Positions 37,502 to 48,180 of a DNA stretch of 64,000 bases are shown piece by piece. Below the pieces are notes generated by a model. It made no database searches. It saw nothing but the letters and a program-made list of their open reading frames with translations, and was not told where the DNA came from. The stretch's first letter is position 1. Each line of letters starts with the position of its first letter. This DNA is from Nitrosopumilus sp. (GTDB lineage: Archaea; Thermoproteota; Nitrososphaeria; Nitrososphaerales; Nitrosopumilaceae), in the NCBI GenBank assembly GCA_965205425.1, contig CBDBGZ010000009.1, forward strand, positions 1 to 64,000, read 5' to 3'. The translations under genes were made by a program, and so were the position numbers.

Positions 37502-38165
37502 TATTCCTTGAGAATTCTCTTGGGAACATCCATTGAACGTGATTTGTCAATCTCGTAAATTACAGTCCATTTACTCACAAATGCCCACAACCAGTGGTTC
37601 TGGCCATCTACCCTCCAACTTGTCTCATCACCATGTATGTTTAGATCTTCTTTTAACTCTACAATCATTGTATCATATCTGCTCCCAAATGCTTTTGATA
37701 CTATTGATACTGCATGATTAATTGCAGATTCTGTAATGTGCAGTGAGAAGAGCATCTGCAAAAGATGAGATATTTTACCATACGATAATCCGATAGTTTT
37801 TAGTGATATGATTAGCACCATGAGCCTAATTCCAAACCTTTCATTTGACAGTACAGTGTGAATGTTACCCGAGATTTGTTTTTTGCAGTTTGTGCAGTAT
37901 CGTCTAACTATCGTATATTTTGTCACAACTGCTTTTGCAGGAATGATGTCTTCTACTATTCTGGTGTATGAATCAGTTGGTTCTGAGAGTAATTTGCCAC
38001 ATGTGTTGCACTCTTTTTGGTCAACTGTAATGGCATCATCAATGTGTGCCCGTCTGCTTCTACTTTTTCTAGGATGTCTTGATGTTTTCTTCTTTTTTGC
38101 AGTTTCAGTCTGGTTTGGTTTTGCTTTGATATTTTCTGCAACAAGTGTAGACACTGTTTGTTTTA

Positions 38166-39249
38166 TAGCGAAAAGATAAAGTTCGTGAACTAAATTATTC
38201 CAAAACAAAAAACTTTTTGATCACTATGTATGGTAAAATTTGATGAACAAGTTAGAATCACTTGAAAGCAGCATACAAAAAAGAAAACTCCAAGGTTGCA
38301 GTAAGGATGCTTGCAGTGTTGATGATTCTAAAGGATGGAAAGGACATACAGTGCACTGCAAAGACATTACACCACTGCACAAGCTGGGTGAGAAAATGGA
38401 CGAGTCGTTGAGATAGATGGCCTCTACGACCACCCAAGAAGTGGCAGGCCAAGAACAATCTCCCAGACTCGAATGGATGCTATCATGTCAAAAGCAATGC
38501 TAACTTTGTTTACCCCCATAATGTTGCAACAAAGTATCTTTTATTCCACTGGAGTAAAATTTCACATAACCCACATCAGAAAGATAATGCACCAATACGG
38601 CATGTCTGCAAAAACTGCACAAAAATATCACATCAACCATGCAAGTATATCTGCTGTGAGAAGCTGGCAACAACGCATCAAAAAGAGAATTTCACGCCTA
38701 AAAAAGAAAGGATTTGTAATTGCAATGGCTGATGAAGCATTCTTTGTAAGGGATACAAAAACAGGAAAAAAGTACTGGTCACCAGTTGCCAAGAGAATAT
38801 TTCTTCCATATACAGGACGACATGAGAGTCTGGCAGTGTATGGTACAATTACAGAAAATGGTAATCAACTATTCAGAGTTTATGACAAATTCAACGCTGT
38901 GACATTTGTAGAGTACCTAAAGGAATTGCATCAGAAATACGGCAAGATTGCAATCATTTTAGATAGAGCATCAGTTCACAAATCAAAGAAGGTAAAGGAA
39001 TACCTTGCAAACAATAGAGATGTCAAACTAATTTGGTTGCCAAATGGATCACCATACTTGAAGAACATGATAGAGCAGTGCTGGAAGATAAGCAAATATG
39101 CATTGTTGGTTTCAGAGTATTATGCAATGTTTACAATAATGAACAAGGCAGTGTCCTAATATTTCAGAGTGACAAAATTCAAGCTTGATGTTGCAAATTA
39201 TATCTTTAGAAATCCTGCAAAGATGTTTGCGAACTTTTGATCGTCGCTA
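38166..39249 (+). mobile_element. IS630-family element (degenerate)
   Basis: TIR TAGCGA..AAAGTTCG / CGAACTTT..TCGCTA; TA duplication. Confidence 0.85.
38242..39240 (+). pseudogene. IS630 transposase, frameshifted with a premature stop at 39157-39159
   Basis: DEAFF, LDRASVH, SPYLKNMIEQCW in ORF 38473-39159; frame continues past the stop to 39240. Confidence 0.8.
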
Positions 39250-39419
39250 TAGTTCTGCAATTTCCCTGTGTAGTGATTCAATATCTTTGCGTAACTGACG
39301 GTTTTCTTGCTCCAACGAGTGACATCTGTTACGATAATATTCCAGCTCATCATATACTGACAATTGTATATTGTAATTATCCATGTGAATTGTTTTTATA
39401 CATTTCCTCTCTTTCCATA

Positions 39420-39582
39420 CATCAGGGCATGGCTTTCGCTAGAGAATGGTTTCAATCAAAAGATGCGGACATGTATCCATACGAGACTATTCTCTCAATG
39501 CTATCTTCATCCTTTCATTAGGATTGTTCGCAGTTATCAAACGAGGCCTTGTCCCTCATAAATTACAACGCGACTTGCAGTC
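39420..39582 (-). ncRNA. Candidate IS110 bridge/seek RNA region (3' non-coding end)
   Basis: ~160 nt non-coding region downstream of the transposase with stem-loop potential (GAGG..CCTC, AGAGAAT..ATTCTCT); boundaries uncertain. Confidence 0.4.
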
Positions 39583-40575
39583 CTAACTATAATTTTGTAC
39601 AAATTCTCTCCTCTCCTTTAACATCCAATAAATCACCCTCAGGATCTTTGATGCACCAGCTACTGCAGCTTTGGATGATCCTCTTTTCTTTTTAATGCGA
39701 TTGTAAAATTTTGTAATGTCGCTATCTGGTGCGTATCTAACATGTGCATGAATTGCCTCCACTAGCAACCATCTTAGCATGGTGCTTCCTCTCTTTGTAA
39801 TTCTTCCGTGATGTATTGTATCTGCAGAATTTCTCACCGATGGAACAATCCCTGCATATGCACATAACTTGTGAGAATTTGAAAATCTACTAATCTCTGC
39901 AATTTCTGAGAATATGCTCAATGCAGTGTATGGTCCAACTCCAGGTATTGATGTCAAAATACACACATCAGGATTATCATTTACCATGCGACGTATCATG
40001 GAATCTATTTTTGCAACCTCCTTTTTGTGAAATTTTATGCTTTGTAGGTACGAATCTATTCTATAACTCTCCAATTTTCCAAGTGCACGTATGTGTTCTG
40101 AGGAAAATGGTGTTGCTTTGATATGGATTCCCTCCTGTAGTGTAATGCCATGTATGGAATTCTTCATCTTTACAATGATGCGCACAATCTTGTGTCGATG
40201 TCTTACAAGCTGTCTGTATTGCACAATTGTGTGATCTGGCACAAATGATTCTGCAATGTATCCTCCTCGTAGCAAATTTGCAAGATGGTACGCATCAATT
40301 TTATCAGTCTTTTTGAGTGATGATGCTATTATCTTTGTGTTGTATGGATTAGATAGTATAACATCAAGATGTAATTTGTCTGTCATGTGTCTGTACAATC
40401 CATACCAGACAGATGATGACTCTAAAACATATTTTGCGTTCTTTGGAATTTTGGATGTAATTTTGCTAATAGCAGAAAAATCACTGGAAATCTTTTTGTT
40501 AAATAATAATTTGCCAATCTCATCTACTGCTGCCACCTGTACAGAGTTCTTGTGAACATCCAATCCTACAAACAT
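39583..40575 (-). CDS. IS110-family DEDD recombinase (start adjusted to MFVGLD)
   Basis: GLDVHK, VLES, KTDKIDA, SIPGVG, YAGIVPSVRNSA, RWLLVEA. Confidence 0.93.
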   Translation of the reverse strand: MFVGLDVHKNSVQVAAVDEIGKLLFNKKISSDFSAISKITSKIPKNAKYVLESSSVWYGLYRHMTDKLHLDVILSNPYNTKIIASSLKKTDKIDAYHLANLLRGGYIAESFVPDHTIVQYRQLVRHRHKIVRIIVKMKNSIHGITLQEGIHIKATPFSSEHIRALGKLESYRIDSYLQSIKFHKKEVAKIDSMIRRMVNDNPDVCILTSIPGVGPYTALSIFSEIAEISRFSNSHKLCAYAGIVPSVRNSADTIHHGRITKRGSTMLRWLLVEAIHAHVRYAPDSDITKFYNRIKKKRGSSKAAVAGASKILRVIYWMLKERREFVQNYS

Positions 40576-40765
40576 CAAATATTTTTTTTCAGGAAGGGTA
40601 GTGTGTTTGTTTGCATTTCTTACTTTCTTGATACGAATGCAAGTACCATCTAATTTCCTAGCTGATTTTGGCACATATGGTTATAGTTATCATTGATCAG
40701 AAAAGATATTGATGAAAAATATCAGAGAAACAACTTCAAAACTCTAGACAGTTACGAAAAAAGAT

Positions 40766-42373
40766 TTATTCTGAACTAAAATCAGAACGCCAATCTTGGG
40801 TGTTTCTAAGATCTTTGGAACTTAAAGTATCTGCTTTTACCACTTCAAACATTGCATGATATACAGGATTATTGGGATGATATCCTATACATTCAAAATC
40901 AACAATGCTTGCCAATGCAAAGCCCTTAAAGTAACCATCTTCCTTATCACGATCGGATTCAACAACATAGTCAGTTACTCTACAATCAACATAGTTGAAA
41001 GTACGTATGTGTTTACCATCTACAATTAATTCAACATCTGCTTGGAATAAACTCAAAGTAGGATTTACACCAGATTGACTTTGGATTTTAAGATTTTCAT
41101 CTATTGCAGAATACAACAATGGAGTATTATCAACTAATCCTTCAACTACAAAGGTAGGATTTGATCTAGATAATACATCTCCTTGATCATAGAAGGGAAA
41201 ATCAATTACTTCTTGTCCATCCTCAAACGTAAAGGTAGCTATGGCATGCACATTTCCAGAAGTTGGAAACTCATGTTGTGGAAGTTCATTGGAAACAAAT
41301 GATGTTTTCCAAATAGGAACGTCACTGTCATATAATGATATTAAATTATCATTTATTGGAGTAAGTCCAGAACAAGTAAATCCAATTTGATTTACCATTG
41401 CAAATCCACTTTTTCCAGTAAATCCATCTTCCTTATCGGCCAGTGTAGTGAGTATTGCAGTATCAACAATACAATCTCTATAATCAAGTGCTCGAAGAGT
41501 TTTATCATCTTTGGTAAATTCAACTAATGCATCAAAGTCATTGTTGAATGCTGTAGTGATGCCAGAAACTTGTCTTGATTTATCAATTGCTGCATATAAC
41601 AATGGGTAATCAGCAATCACACTTTCAACATTAAACTGAGCAACAACATTGTCTGCATTCTCCGCAAAGCCAGAAGTTATTTCAAAGAATGGAAATTCGA
41701 TTCTCTCAAAGCCTTCATCAAATTCAAATGTGATAAATGTTCGTACATCATTTGCAAATTTGTAATCAAGTGTGCCAAAATCAGCATGTGTTCTTTCAGA
41801 TGCTCTTACAGGAACAATGTCAGTGCTAATTCCATCTAATCCACCACAATTGAAATCAATTAAATTAACTACAGCAAAACCAGTCTTAGAAGACATGTAA
41901 CTTTCTTGATCATCTCTAAGAGTTTTTACTTCATAGTCTGTAACATCACAATCATGATAATTTAGAGTTTTTATCACTTCGCCATGTTTTACAAAATCAA
42001 CGTCAACTTCAAAATAACGATAGCCATATTCAAAACTTGAACCACCAGTGGTTTGCAGCCTATATTGATATGCTTGATCTAATGCTTCATACAAATGAGG
42101 AGCCTCATCCAATATACCTTCTACTTGAAAGGAGATTCCACTGTTATCAATAAGATCCTCACCCATTTTGAAAATAGGGAAATTATGGATTTCAACACCG
42201 TCTCTGAAAGTAAATGTTAGAATTGCCTCTAGATCATCTGCCATTTTGTATTGGGTTGAGTTTTCAGTTGTTTTTGCATCTTCAGCATATACATTTGAGA
42301 TTCCAAAGGAAATCATCGTGAATAATACAATAAAGCTAAAAATTGCAATGTTTTTTGTATTTTTACAAGTCAT
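40766..42373 (-). CDS. Secreted protein with three tandem internal domains
   Basis: Signal peptide; motif TFxF.xG.E...FP.F ... Y.DC.V..... GFA...F.C.G occurs three times. Confidence 0.8.
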   Translation of the reverse strand: MTCKNTKNIAIFSFIVLFTMISFGISNVYAEDAKTTENSTQYKMADDLEAILTFTFRDGVEIHNFPIFKMGEDLIDNSGISFQVEGILDEAPHLYEALDQAYQYRLQTTGGSSFEYGYRYFEVDVDFVKHGEVIKTLNYHDCDVTDYEVKTLRDDQESYMSSKTGFAVVNLIDFNCGGLDGISTDIVPVRASERTHADFGTLDYKFANDVRTFITFEFDEGFERIEFPFFEITSGFAENADNVVAQFNVESVIADYPLLYAAIDKSRQVSGITTAFNNDFDALVEFTKDDKTLRALDYRDCIVDTAILTTLADKEDGFTGKSGFAMVNQIGFTCSGLTPINDNLISLYDSDVPIWKTSFVSNELPQHEFPTSGNVHAIATFTFEDGQEVIDFPFYDQGDVLSRSNPTFVVEGLVDNTPLLYSAIDENLKIQSQSGVNPTLSLFQADVELIVDGKHIRTFNYVDCRVTDYVVESDRDKEDGYFKGFALASIVDFECIGYHPNNPVYHAMFEVVKADTLSSKDLRNTQDWRSDFSSE

Positions 42374-42465
42374 TGAATGTTAACTAGCTTTTCACAGTAT
42401 AAGCTGATACAATGTTTTCTATAGTGAAAATATTCTTCTAAACTAAAGAGTTATTCTATATAGTT

Positions 42466-43618
42466 GAGACATGGGCATAACTAATTCTAATTTTTGAGTC
42501 AATTCTCAAATTATTCAAATAGAAAAAGCTAAGGATCTTATCATGTTTTGTTCATTGTAATGTCAAAACAAATGAAAATCCCTAGGGCAAGATTCTATCG
42601 GAATCATTTCTTATTGGTATGTTACATTTGGTGGGAATGTTGTCTTTGTATGAGGAGATACTGAAAACCCGGTAGACCGTACGTATACTCTACAATTCTA
42701 ATGGTGCAACTATTCATCATAAAGTCATGGATGAGAATTCCTAGTAACAATACATTACATTATTTCCTTTTGACTAAAGGTATCAATGATAAATTGCTCA
42801 AGGTTTGCAGACTAACTCAAATTCCAAACAGAAGAACCATTGACAGGAGATTCCAAGTTCTGCCAATTGGTGATATAATCAGTAATATGGAAAGTCTGTT
42901 TGTATCAGAGAAACTAGTCGATGACATATCTGCATCAGTGGATAGTTCCATGCTAAAAGCTGCAGGTCCAGTATGGCACAAATCAGATATGAAAAAGAAT
43001 AGAATTCCAATCTCAGGAATTGACACAGATGCAAAATGGGGTTTTTCAAAATCAAAGGGTTGGGTATTTGGGTACAAACTGCATATGAGTTGTAGTACTG
43101 GCAAACTGGTTGTTCCACTATCTGCTGATGTCTCAACTGCAAATGTTTCTGATGGTAAAATGTATTATACAATAGTTGAATCGCTTTCAGGACTGGTTGG
43201 GAATATTTTATGTGATCCAGCATATGATGATAAATCATTATATCAGTTTAGTGATGGGAGACATTTGAGATTGATTTGTCCTATCAAAATATATCCATCA
43301 ACACCACCAGAGCGAATCAAACTTGCAGATTTTTATAATTCTGTAATTGGTCAAGAGTTGTACTCACAAAGAAAAGTTTCAATTGAACCTTTATTTGAAA
43401 TATTCAAAGATACGTTCAACATTAGAACTGTACATGTGAAAGGATTTGACAACGTGAAATCATTTGTATTGGTTTGTGTTCTTGTGTATCAGTTGATAGT
43501 TTACTACAACTGTATAATTGGAGCAGAAAATCCAAGAACTGTAAAGAGAATGCTTTGCTGTTAGAGAATTTAGAATGAAATTAGATTTTATTTTTGTAAA
43601 TCATTATGCCCAAGTCTC
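42466..43618 (+). mobile_element. IS4/IS5-superfamily insertion sequence
   Basis: TIR GAGACATGGGCATAA / TTATGCCCAAGTCTC; 8-bp TSD ATATAGTT (42458-42465 and 43619-43626). Confidence 0.9.
42701..43564 (+). CDS. DDE_Tnp_1-type transposase (5' part frameshifted upstream of 42701)
   Basis: SVDSS, DAKWG, FGYKLH, CDPAYD, YSQRKVSIE. Confidence 0.85.
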   Translation: MVQLFIIKSWMRIPSNNTLHYFLLTKGINDKLLKVCRLTQIPNRRTIDRRFQVLPIGDIISNMESLFVSEKLVDDISASVDSSMLKAAGPVWHKSDMKKNRIPISGIDTDAKWGFSKSKGWVFGYKLHMSCSTGKLVVPLSADVSTANVSDGKMYYTIVESLSGLVGNILCDPAYDDKSLYQFSDGRHLRLICPIKIYPSTPPERIKLADFYNSVIGQELYSQRKVSIEPLFEIFKDTFNIRTVHVKGFDNVKSFVLVCVLVYQLIVYYNCIIGAENPRTVKRMLCC

Positions 43619-43675
43619 ATATAGTTAGTCTACATAGTTATTCTAAATAAAAATAATACTCCGAAAAGTAAATTC

Positions 43676-45244
43676 CTATTCTTCACAATTTATCAATAGA
43701 TCTTTGCTTGAATCCATATAACATCTATCAGAGTAAGAACCACCATCAATTACATCTGAACCTGAATTAGCATAAATCAAATCACTTCCAGATTGACCCT
43801 TTAGAATATCATTTCCAGAATTTCCTTTAATTACATCACTACCTTCATTACCAGAAATAATATCATCTCCAGGACCTCCAAAAATACAATCATTTCCTAA
43901 CCCTCCAGATATCAAGTCATTGCCAGCCATTCCAAATATTAGATCATCTCCATCAGTTCCAGAAATTACATCATCCCCGGATGTTCCTTCTATGAGATTG
44001 TAATCAGAATAGTTATGACCACAAGTCATTACAGTAATCCTTTGATTATCAGTAGAACTATGTCCCGCATTATCAAAGGCTATCCAAATTACATTATTAG
44101 ATCCAGGTTTGAACTCCTCAGGGGCATTATTCACAATGGTTTTGATTCCACTTGCATCAGTGGCATTTGCATTTCCAATAAATACATCAGTTAACATATC
44201 TTCTGCCTCGACAACGATCGAATCAGGGGCAATAATTACAGGCTTGGTTTGATCTCTTGATGGAGGTCTAACCTCTGCAGGAGCAACATAGTATGATTCA
44301 GTAGGTAGTTCAAAAAATTCTGTTTCAAAAGATTGTATTGCATGAGTTTGAGAATCAATTACTAGTAATTCACCATTTATTCCAATTGCGATATCAGTAA
44401 TGGTTTCAAAAATATCAGGGTATGGACCAATTTGATCAGCTGAACCAAGTCGTAATTCAGTATTTTCAGACAAGTGTAAAATTCTACTATTACCAGAATT
44501 TACAACAAATATGTCTCCTGAAGGAGTAATAGATATGGCTTCAGGGGCAAAGACATAACTTGGAAAATAAAATGGGAATGAGTCTATTAAATCACCATCA
44601 GAATTAAATTTTTCAATTTTTCCATTTCCTTTATCAGTGACGTAAAGATTTCCATATTTGTCAGAATCAATTCCAATAGCATTTAGAAATTGTCCAGGAC
44701 CTAAACCACTTGAACCAAAGGATGAAACAAATTCTCCATCAGTTGAGAATATTTGAACACGTTGATTTCCAGTATCAACTACATAGAGAAGACCATTGGT
44801 TACAGTTATTCCATTAGGATAGAAAAATTGTCCTTCGGCAATTCCTTTTTTACCCCAAGTTTGAATAAATTCTCCATCCAAAGAAAATTTCTGAATACGG
44901 TTAAGATCACGATCTGCAACAAAAACAGAATCATTAGTTACTGCAATTCCAGAAGGATTGTAAAAATTACCCACGTCTTTTCCGCTATTCCCCCAGTGAG
45001 CTACATATTCACCACTACTAGAAAATTTTTGAATGCGTTTGTTACCAAAATCAGTTACATAGATACTTCCATCATCACCTACTGCAACAAATTGAGGATG
45101 AACAAAATGTCCAGCTTCAGTTGGTCCATATTTGCCCCATTTATGCAATGGATCATAATCGCCATATCCAAATGATGTTTGTACAAAAGAACTAGCTAAA
45201 AGTATTCCAGAAACAATCAGAATTGTAAAAAGTAATTTCAACAA
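43676..45244 (-). CDS. Secreted NHL-repeat beta-propeller protein with RTX-type Ca-binding repeats
   Basis: Repeated F..P.GIAV...YV.D.GN.RIQKF; C-terminal GG.GND repeats. Confidence 0.9.
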   Translation of the reverse strand: MLKLLFTILIVSGILLASSFVQTSFGYGDYDPLHKWGKYGPTEAGHFVHPQFVAVGDDGSIYVTDFGNKRIQKFSSSGEYVAHWGNSGKDVGNFYNPSGIAVTNDSVFVADRDLNRIQKFSLDGEFIQTWGKKGIAEGQFFYPNGITVTNGLLYVVDTGNQRVQIFSTDGEFVSSFGSSGLGPGQFLNAIGIDSDKYGNLYVTDKGNGKIEKFNSDGDLIDSFPFYFPSYVFAPEAISITPSGDIFVVNSGNSRILHLSENTELRLGSADQIGPYPDIFETITDIAIGINGELLVIDSQTHAIQSFETEFFELPTESYYVAPAEVRPPSRDQTKPVIIAPDSIVVEAEDMLTDVFIGNANATDASGIKTIVNNAPEEFKPGSNNVIWIAFDNAGHSSTDNQRITVMTCGHNYSDYNLIEGTSGDDVISGTDGDDLIFGMAGNDLISGGLGNDCIFGGPGDDIISGNEGSDVIKGNSGNDILKGQSGSDLIYANSGSDVIDGGSYSDRCYMDSSKDLLINCEE

Positions 45245-45312
45245 ACATTAATGGTAAAATTAGAGAAACATTACCAAGGTTAGTTTATTTTGCAATTATT
45301 GTCAACTTTATG

Positions 45313-46098
45313 TTAAAATGGTTTGTTTACTTCACGCGTAAACACATAGCTTGCCAAACCAATCATAGCAAGTACAAATGCTATCAAAATTCCTAGGCTC
45401 AAAATTATGGGGATTCCACCTTCAGATACACCTGTCATTAATTCTCTGACCAATAAAACAGTGTAAGTCACTGGATTTAGTTTTGCAATAACTGCAAGCC
45501 AATCAGGGAGTAATTCTAGAGGGAATAATGCAGGACTAAGCATGAATAATGGCATTCCAAGGAAATTTATCATGCCCCAAAAAGTTTCCTGAGATTTTGC
45601 AGTTGCTGCAATCATTACAGATATTCCAGAAAATCCTAATGAAAATAAAATAACTATTGCCATTATAGGTGCAATCATTATCGGGTTAGGGAAATTAACA
45701 CCAATAGCTAAAGCAATTCCTAAAATCAAACTAGCTTGTAATGCAGCAATCAAAGAGATTGCAGACATTTTTCCCAATGCAATTGCAGACCGAGATATTG
45801 GAGAGGATAGAGCTTTATTCATAAAACCATAACGTCTATCCCACAAAGTATTGACACCACCAAAAATACTCGTAAAAATTGCAGTTAGAATAATAACTCC
45901 AGGTGCCATAAATTCAATATATTCACCTTCAAATCCAACAGATTGAATCAAGGGTTGAGTTCCAGAAAAAGTATTTCCAATTACTATAATCCAAATTGCA
46001 GGTTGGATTAATCTAATTAAAACTCCACTACGAGATTTTTTGTATCTCTTTAGTTCTCGCCAAAATATTGTGTAAGCATCATATGCTAAGGTGTTCAT
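45313..46098 (-). CDS. ABC-2 type permease
   Basis: FMAPG, DRRYGF, NPVTY; several TM segments. Confidence 0.92.
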   Translation of the reverse strand: MNTLAYDAYTIFWRELKRYKKSRSGVLIRLIQPAIWIIVIGNTFSGTQPLIQSVGFEGEYIEFMAPGVIILTAIFTSIFGGVNTLWDRRYGFMNKALSSPISRSAIALGKMSAISLIAALQASLILGIALAIGVNFPNPIMIAPIMAIVILFSLGFSGISVMIAATAKSQETFWGMINFLGMPLFMLSPALFPLELLPDWLAVIAKLNPVTYTVLLVRELMTGVSEGGIPIILSLGILIAFVLAMIGLASYVFTREVNKPF

Positions 46099-47114
46099 GC
46101 ACGTAACCTCTTCATTTTTGCATGTTCACGTTTTCTATTGAATCCAGAATCATCATCTTTAATTTCATGACCAGTATAAGATATGAAAACATCGTCAAGG
46201 GTTGGCTGTGTTAAAGAGATAGATTTTATTTTCATTTCAAGTTCTGAAGAGATTTGAAAAATTTTAGGGATTACTTCAGTACCATTTGAAGCAAATAGAG
46301 TCAGTTTAGAACCATCTTCATTGATTTTTGTTATAAATTCAATTTTTTTTATTTCAGATAAGAAAGAATTACGGTTTTCACTTTCATCAATTACGATAGA
46401 AATCACTTCATTGCCCATTGCATTTTTCATTTTTTCAGGCGAATCTATTATCTGAATTTTCCCACCATCAATGATTCCAATTCTATCACACAACTGATCT
46501 GCTTCTTCCATATAGTGAGTAGATACAAAAATGGTCATATCAAATTCAGTGTGGATTTTTTTGATATATTCCCAAATTTTTCTACGGGTTTGAATATCTA
46601 ATCCAACTGTAGGCTCATCAAGAAATAATACTTTTGGCCTATGCAATAAACCACCTGCAATATCCAATCTTTTTCTCATACCACCAGAGTATGTAACAAC
46701 TGCTTGATCTTGTTTATCAACAAGTTCAATTAAGTCTAAAACTTCATCAATTCTTTTGTTAATTTCATTTTTTGGAATATGATTAAGCTTGGCCTGTAAC
46801 AAAAGATTTTCCCGTCCTGTAAGATATTCATCTACGGTTGATTCTTGTTGAACATATCCAATATTTTCTCGAACTTTTTTAGGATTTGTAGTAACATCAA
46901 ATCCAGAAATTAATGCTTCACCAGAAGTTGGTTTTAGTAAAGTAGTAAGAATCATCATCGTAGTACTTTTCCCGGCACCATTAGGTCCTAGAAAACCAAA
47001 GATCTCACCTTTTTCAACTGTAAATGAAATATCATTTACTGCAGTTACATCTCCAAATGATTTGGTAAGAGATTTTGTCTCTATTGAATACAATACATTG
47101 ATCGCAATTGTCAA
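46095..47114 (-). CDS. ABC transporter ATP-binding protein (DrrA-like)
   Basis: GPNGAGKST, YSGGM, FLDEPT, STHYM. Confidence 0.95.
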   Translation of the reverse strand: MTIAINVLYSIETKSLTKSFGDVTAVNDISFTVEKGEIFGFLGPNGAGKSTTMMILTTLLKPTSGEALISGFDVTTNPKKVRENIGYVQQESTVDEYLTGRENLLLQAKLNHIPKNEINKRIDEVLDLIELVDKQDQAVVTYSGGMRKRLDIAGGLLHRPKVLFLDEPTVGLDIQTRRKIWEYIKKIHTEFDMTIFVSTHYMEEADQLCDRIGIIDGGKIQIIDSPEKMKNAMGNEVISIVIDESENRNSFLSEIKKIEFITKINEDGSKLTLFASNGTEVIPKIFQISSELEMKIKSISLTQPTLDDVFISYTGHEIKDDDSGFNRKREHAKMKRLRA

Positions 47115-47185
47115 TTATAAATTGCTAAGTATTAGATTAGCCGATCCTCATAAAAAATTTAAAGACGAAATAAAGAGTTCAAAGC

Positions 47186-47284
47186 ATGAAAGGATTATGT
47201 CAAAAATGTCACTCATCAAATGTTGAAGTAACAGTTCATGAAGGAATTCCCGTATGTGAAATTTGTTCTAAAAAAACAGATTAA
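47186..47284 (+). CDS. Tiny Zn-finger protein (32 aa)
   Basis: Own translation MKGLCQKCHSSNVEVTVHEGIPVCEICSKKTD. Confidence 0.5.
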   Translation: MKGLCQKCHSSNVEVTVHEGIPVCEICSKKTD

Positions 47285-47321
47285 TCAAAAAGGTATTTTG
47301 AAAAAAGAAAATTAAAAGAAA

Positions 47322-47774
47322 TTATTCAAGATTCTTGAATTCTTCTTTAGTCATTCTTAAAATGACTTTTTCTCCTACTCCCCAAATTTCAGATTTGGAT
47401 AAGATTTTAGAATGCAGTAAACCGTCACTAACTTCTATTGTTTCTAATTCGTTAGTTTCAGAATTTTTGTGCAATCTTTTTACTTTGCCTATTTTGTGAC
47501 TATCAATATCAGTTACTTGGATTCCAGTTCTTACAGGAGGTCGACTAAGTAGTAATGTTTCTTCAGAAAACTTGTCGATATAGTCTTCAGATAGAAAATA
47601 ATCTCTACGGAATCCTTGATGAATAGTTACACCGTTAACAGCAAGTGTATCTTGATTGATATGGATATGTTTGACTTTACCATATTGAATTCCTTCTCTA
47701 TCGATAACTTTTTTTCCAGTAAATGTATCTGCAGTAGCCAAATTGGTAGGCATTCCTTCGAGTTTTACGGACAT
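47322..47774 (-). CDS. Tandem PRC-barrel protein
   Basis: GKKVIDREG..YGKV and G.QVTDID..KIGKV. Confidence 0.85.
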   Translation of the reverse strand: MSVKLEGMPTNLATADTFTGKKVIDREGIQYGKVKHIHINQDTLAVNGVTIHQGFRRDYFLSEDYIDKFSEETLLLSRPPVRTGIQVTDIDSHKIGKVKRLHKNSETNELETIEVSDGLLHSKILSKSEIWGVGEKVILRMTKEEFKNLE

Positions 47775-47862
47775 GCCACTAAATCAACAGATTTGCTTAT
47801 CACACCGAATATCAGAAATTTCTATCAATGGGGTTAAATTACTTGACAGAAGAAGATTACGC

Positions 47863-48180
47863 ATGGAAATCAAAGAAGAGCGCTTCAGACCAATCCTAAC
47901 TACCAAAGGAAGAAAAACAGGAAAAGAACATTCTGTAATGCTCAGAGCAGTGAATTATAATGGAAAAATCTATTTTTCAAGACACAAACCAGATGGAGAT
48001 TGGTTTCAAAATGCCATTACAAATTCAGAGATTAAAATAGAATATAATGAAAAAATATTCACAGGAAAAGCTCAGTTAGTCCAAGATGAAGAGTTAGATG
48101 AAAAAATTTCAATGTTAAAGTATCCAGGAGAAGAAAGAGCTAAAGAAAAACGAGTTACAATTGAAGTGACATTAGATTAA
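47863..48180 (+). CDS. Deazaflavin(F420)-dependent nitroreductase / PNPOx-like protein (start adjusted)
   Basis: LTTKGRKTGK, DWFQN. Confidence 0.75.
   Translation: MEIKEERFRPILTTKGRKTGKEHSVMLRAVNYNGKIYFSRHKPDGDWFQNAITNSEIKIEYNEKIFTGKAQLVQDEELDEKISMLKYPGEERAKEKRVTIEVTLD

Larger units (their letters stand above)
36885..39384 (-). pseudogene. IS66 transposase (TnpC-like) split by a MITE and an IS630
   Basis: Removing both inserts gives a continuous frame MDNYNIQ..EIAEL|KQTV..CNTC..HGDETSW..LKEY|NGNITSDSY..HQKC..NNTAERAIR. Confidence 0.88.
36817..40755 (-). mobile_element. IS66-family element containing three nested insertions
   Basis: Perfect 23-bp TIR GTAACTGTCTAGAGTTTTGAAGT (36817-36839 and 40733-40755); 8-bp TSD GAAAAAAG (36809-36816 and 40756-40763). 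Confidence 0.93.

Noticed and set aside
40576..40674. N-terminal extension of the IS110 transposase
   Set aside because: The family N-terminus is MFVGLD; the extension likely reads in from IS66 leader DNA
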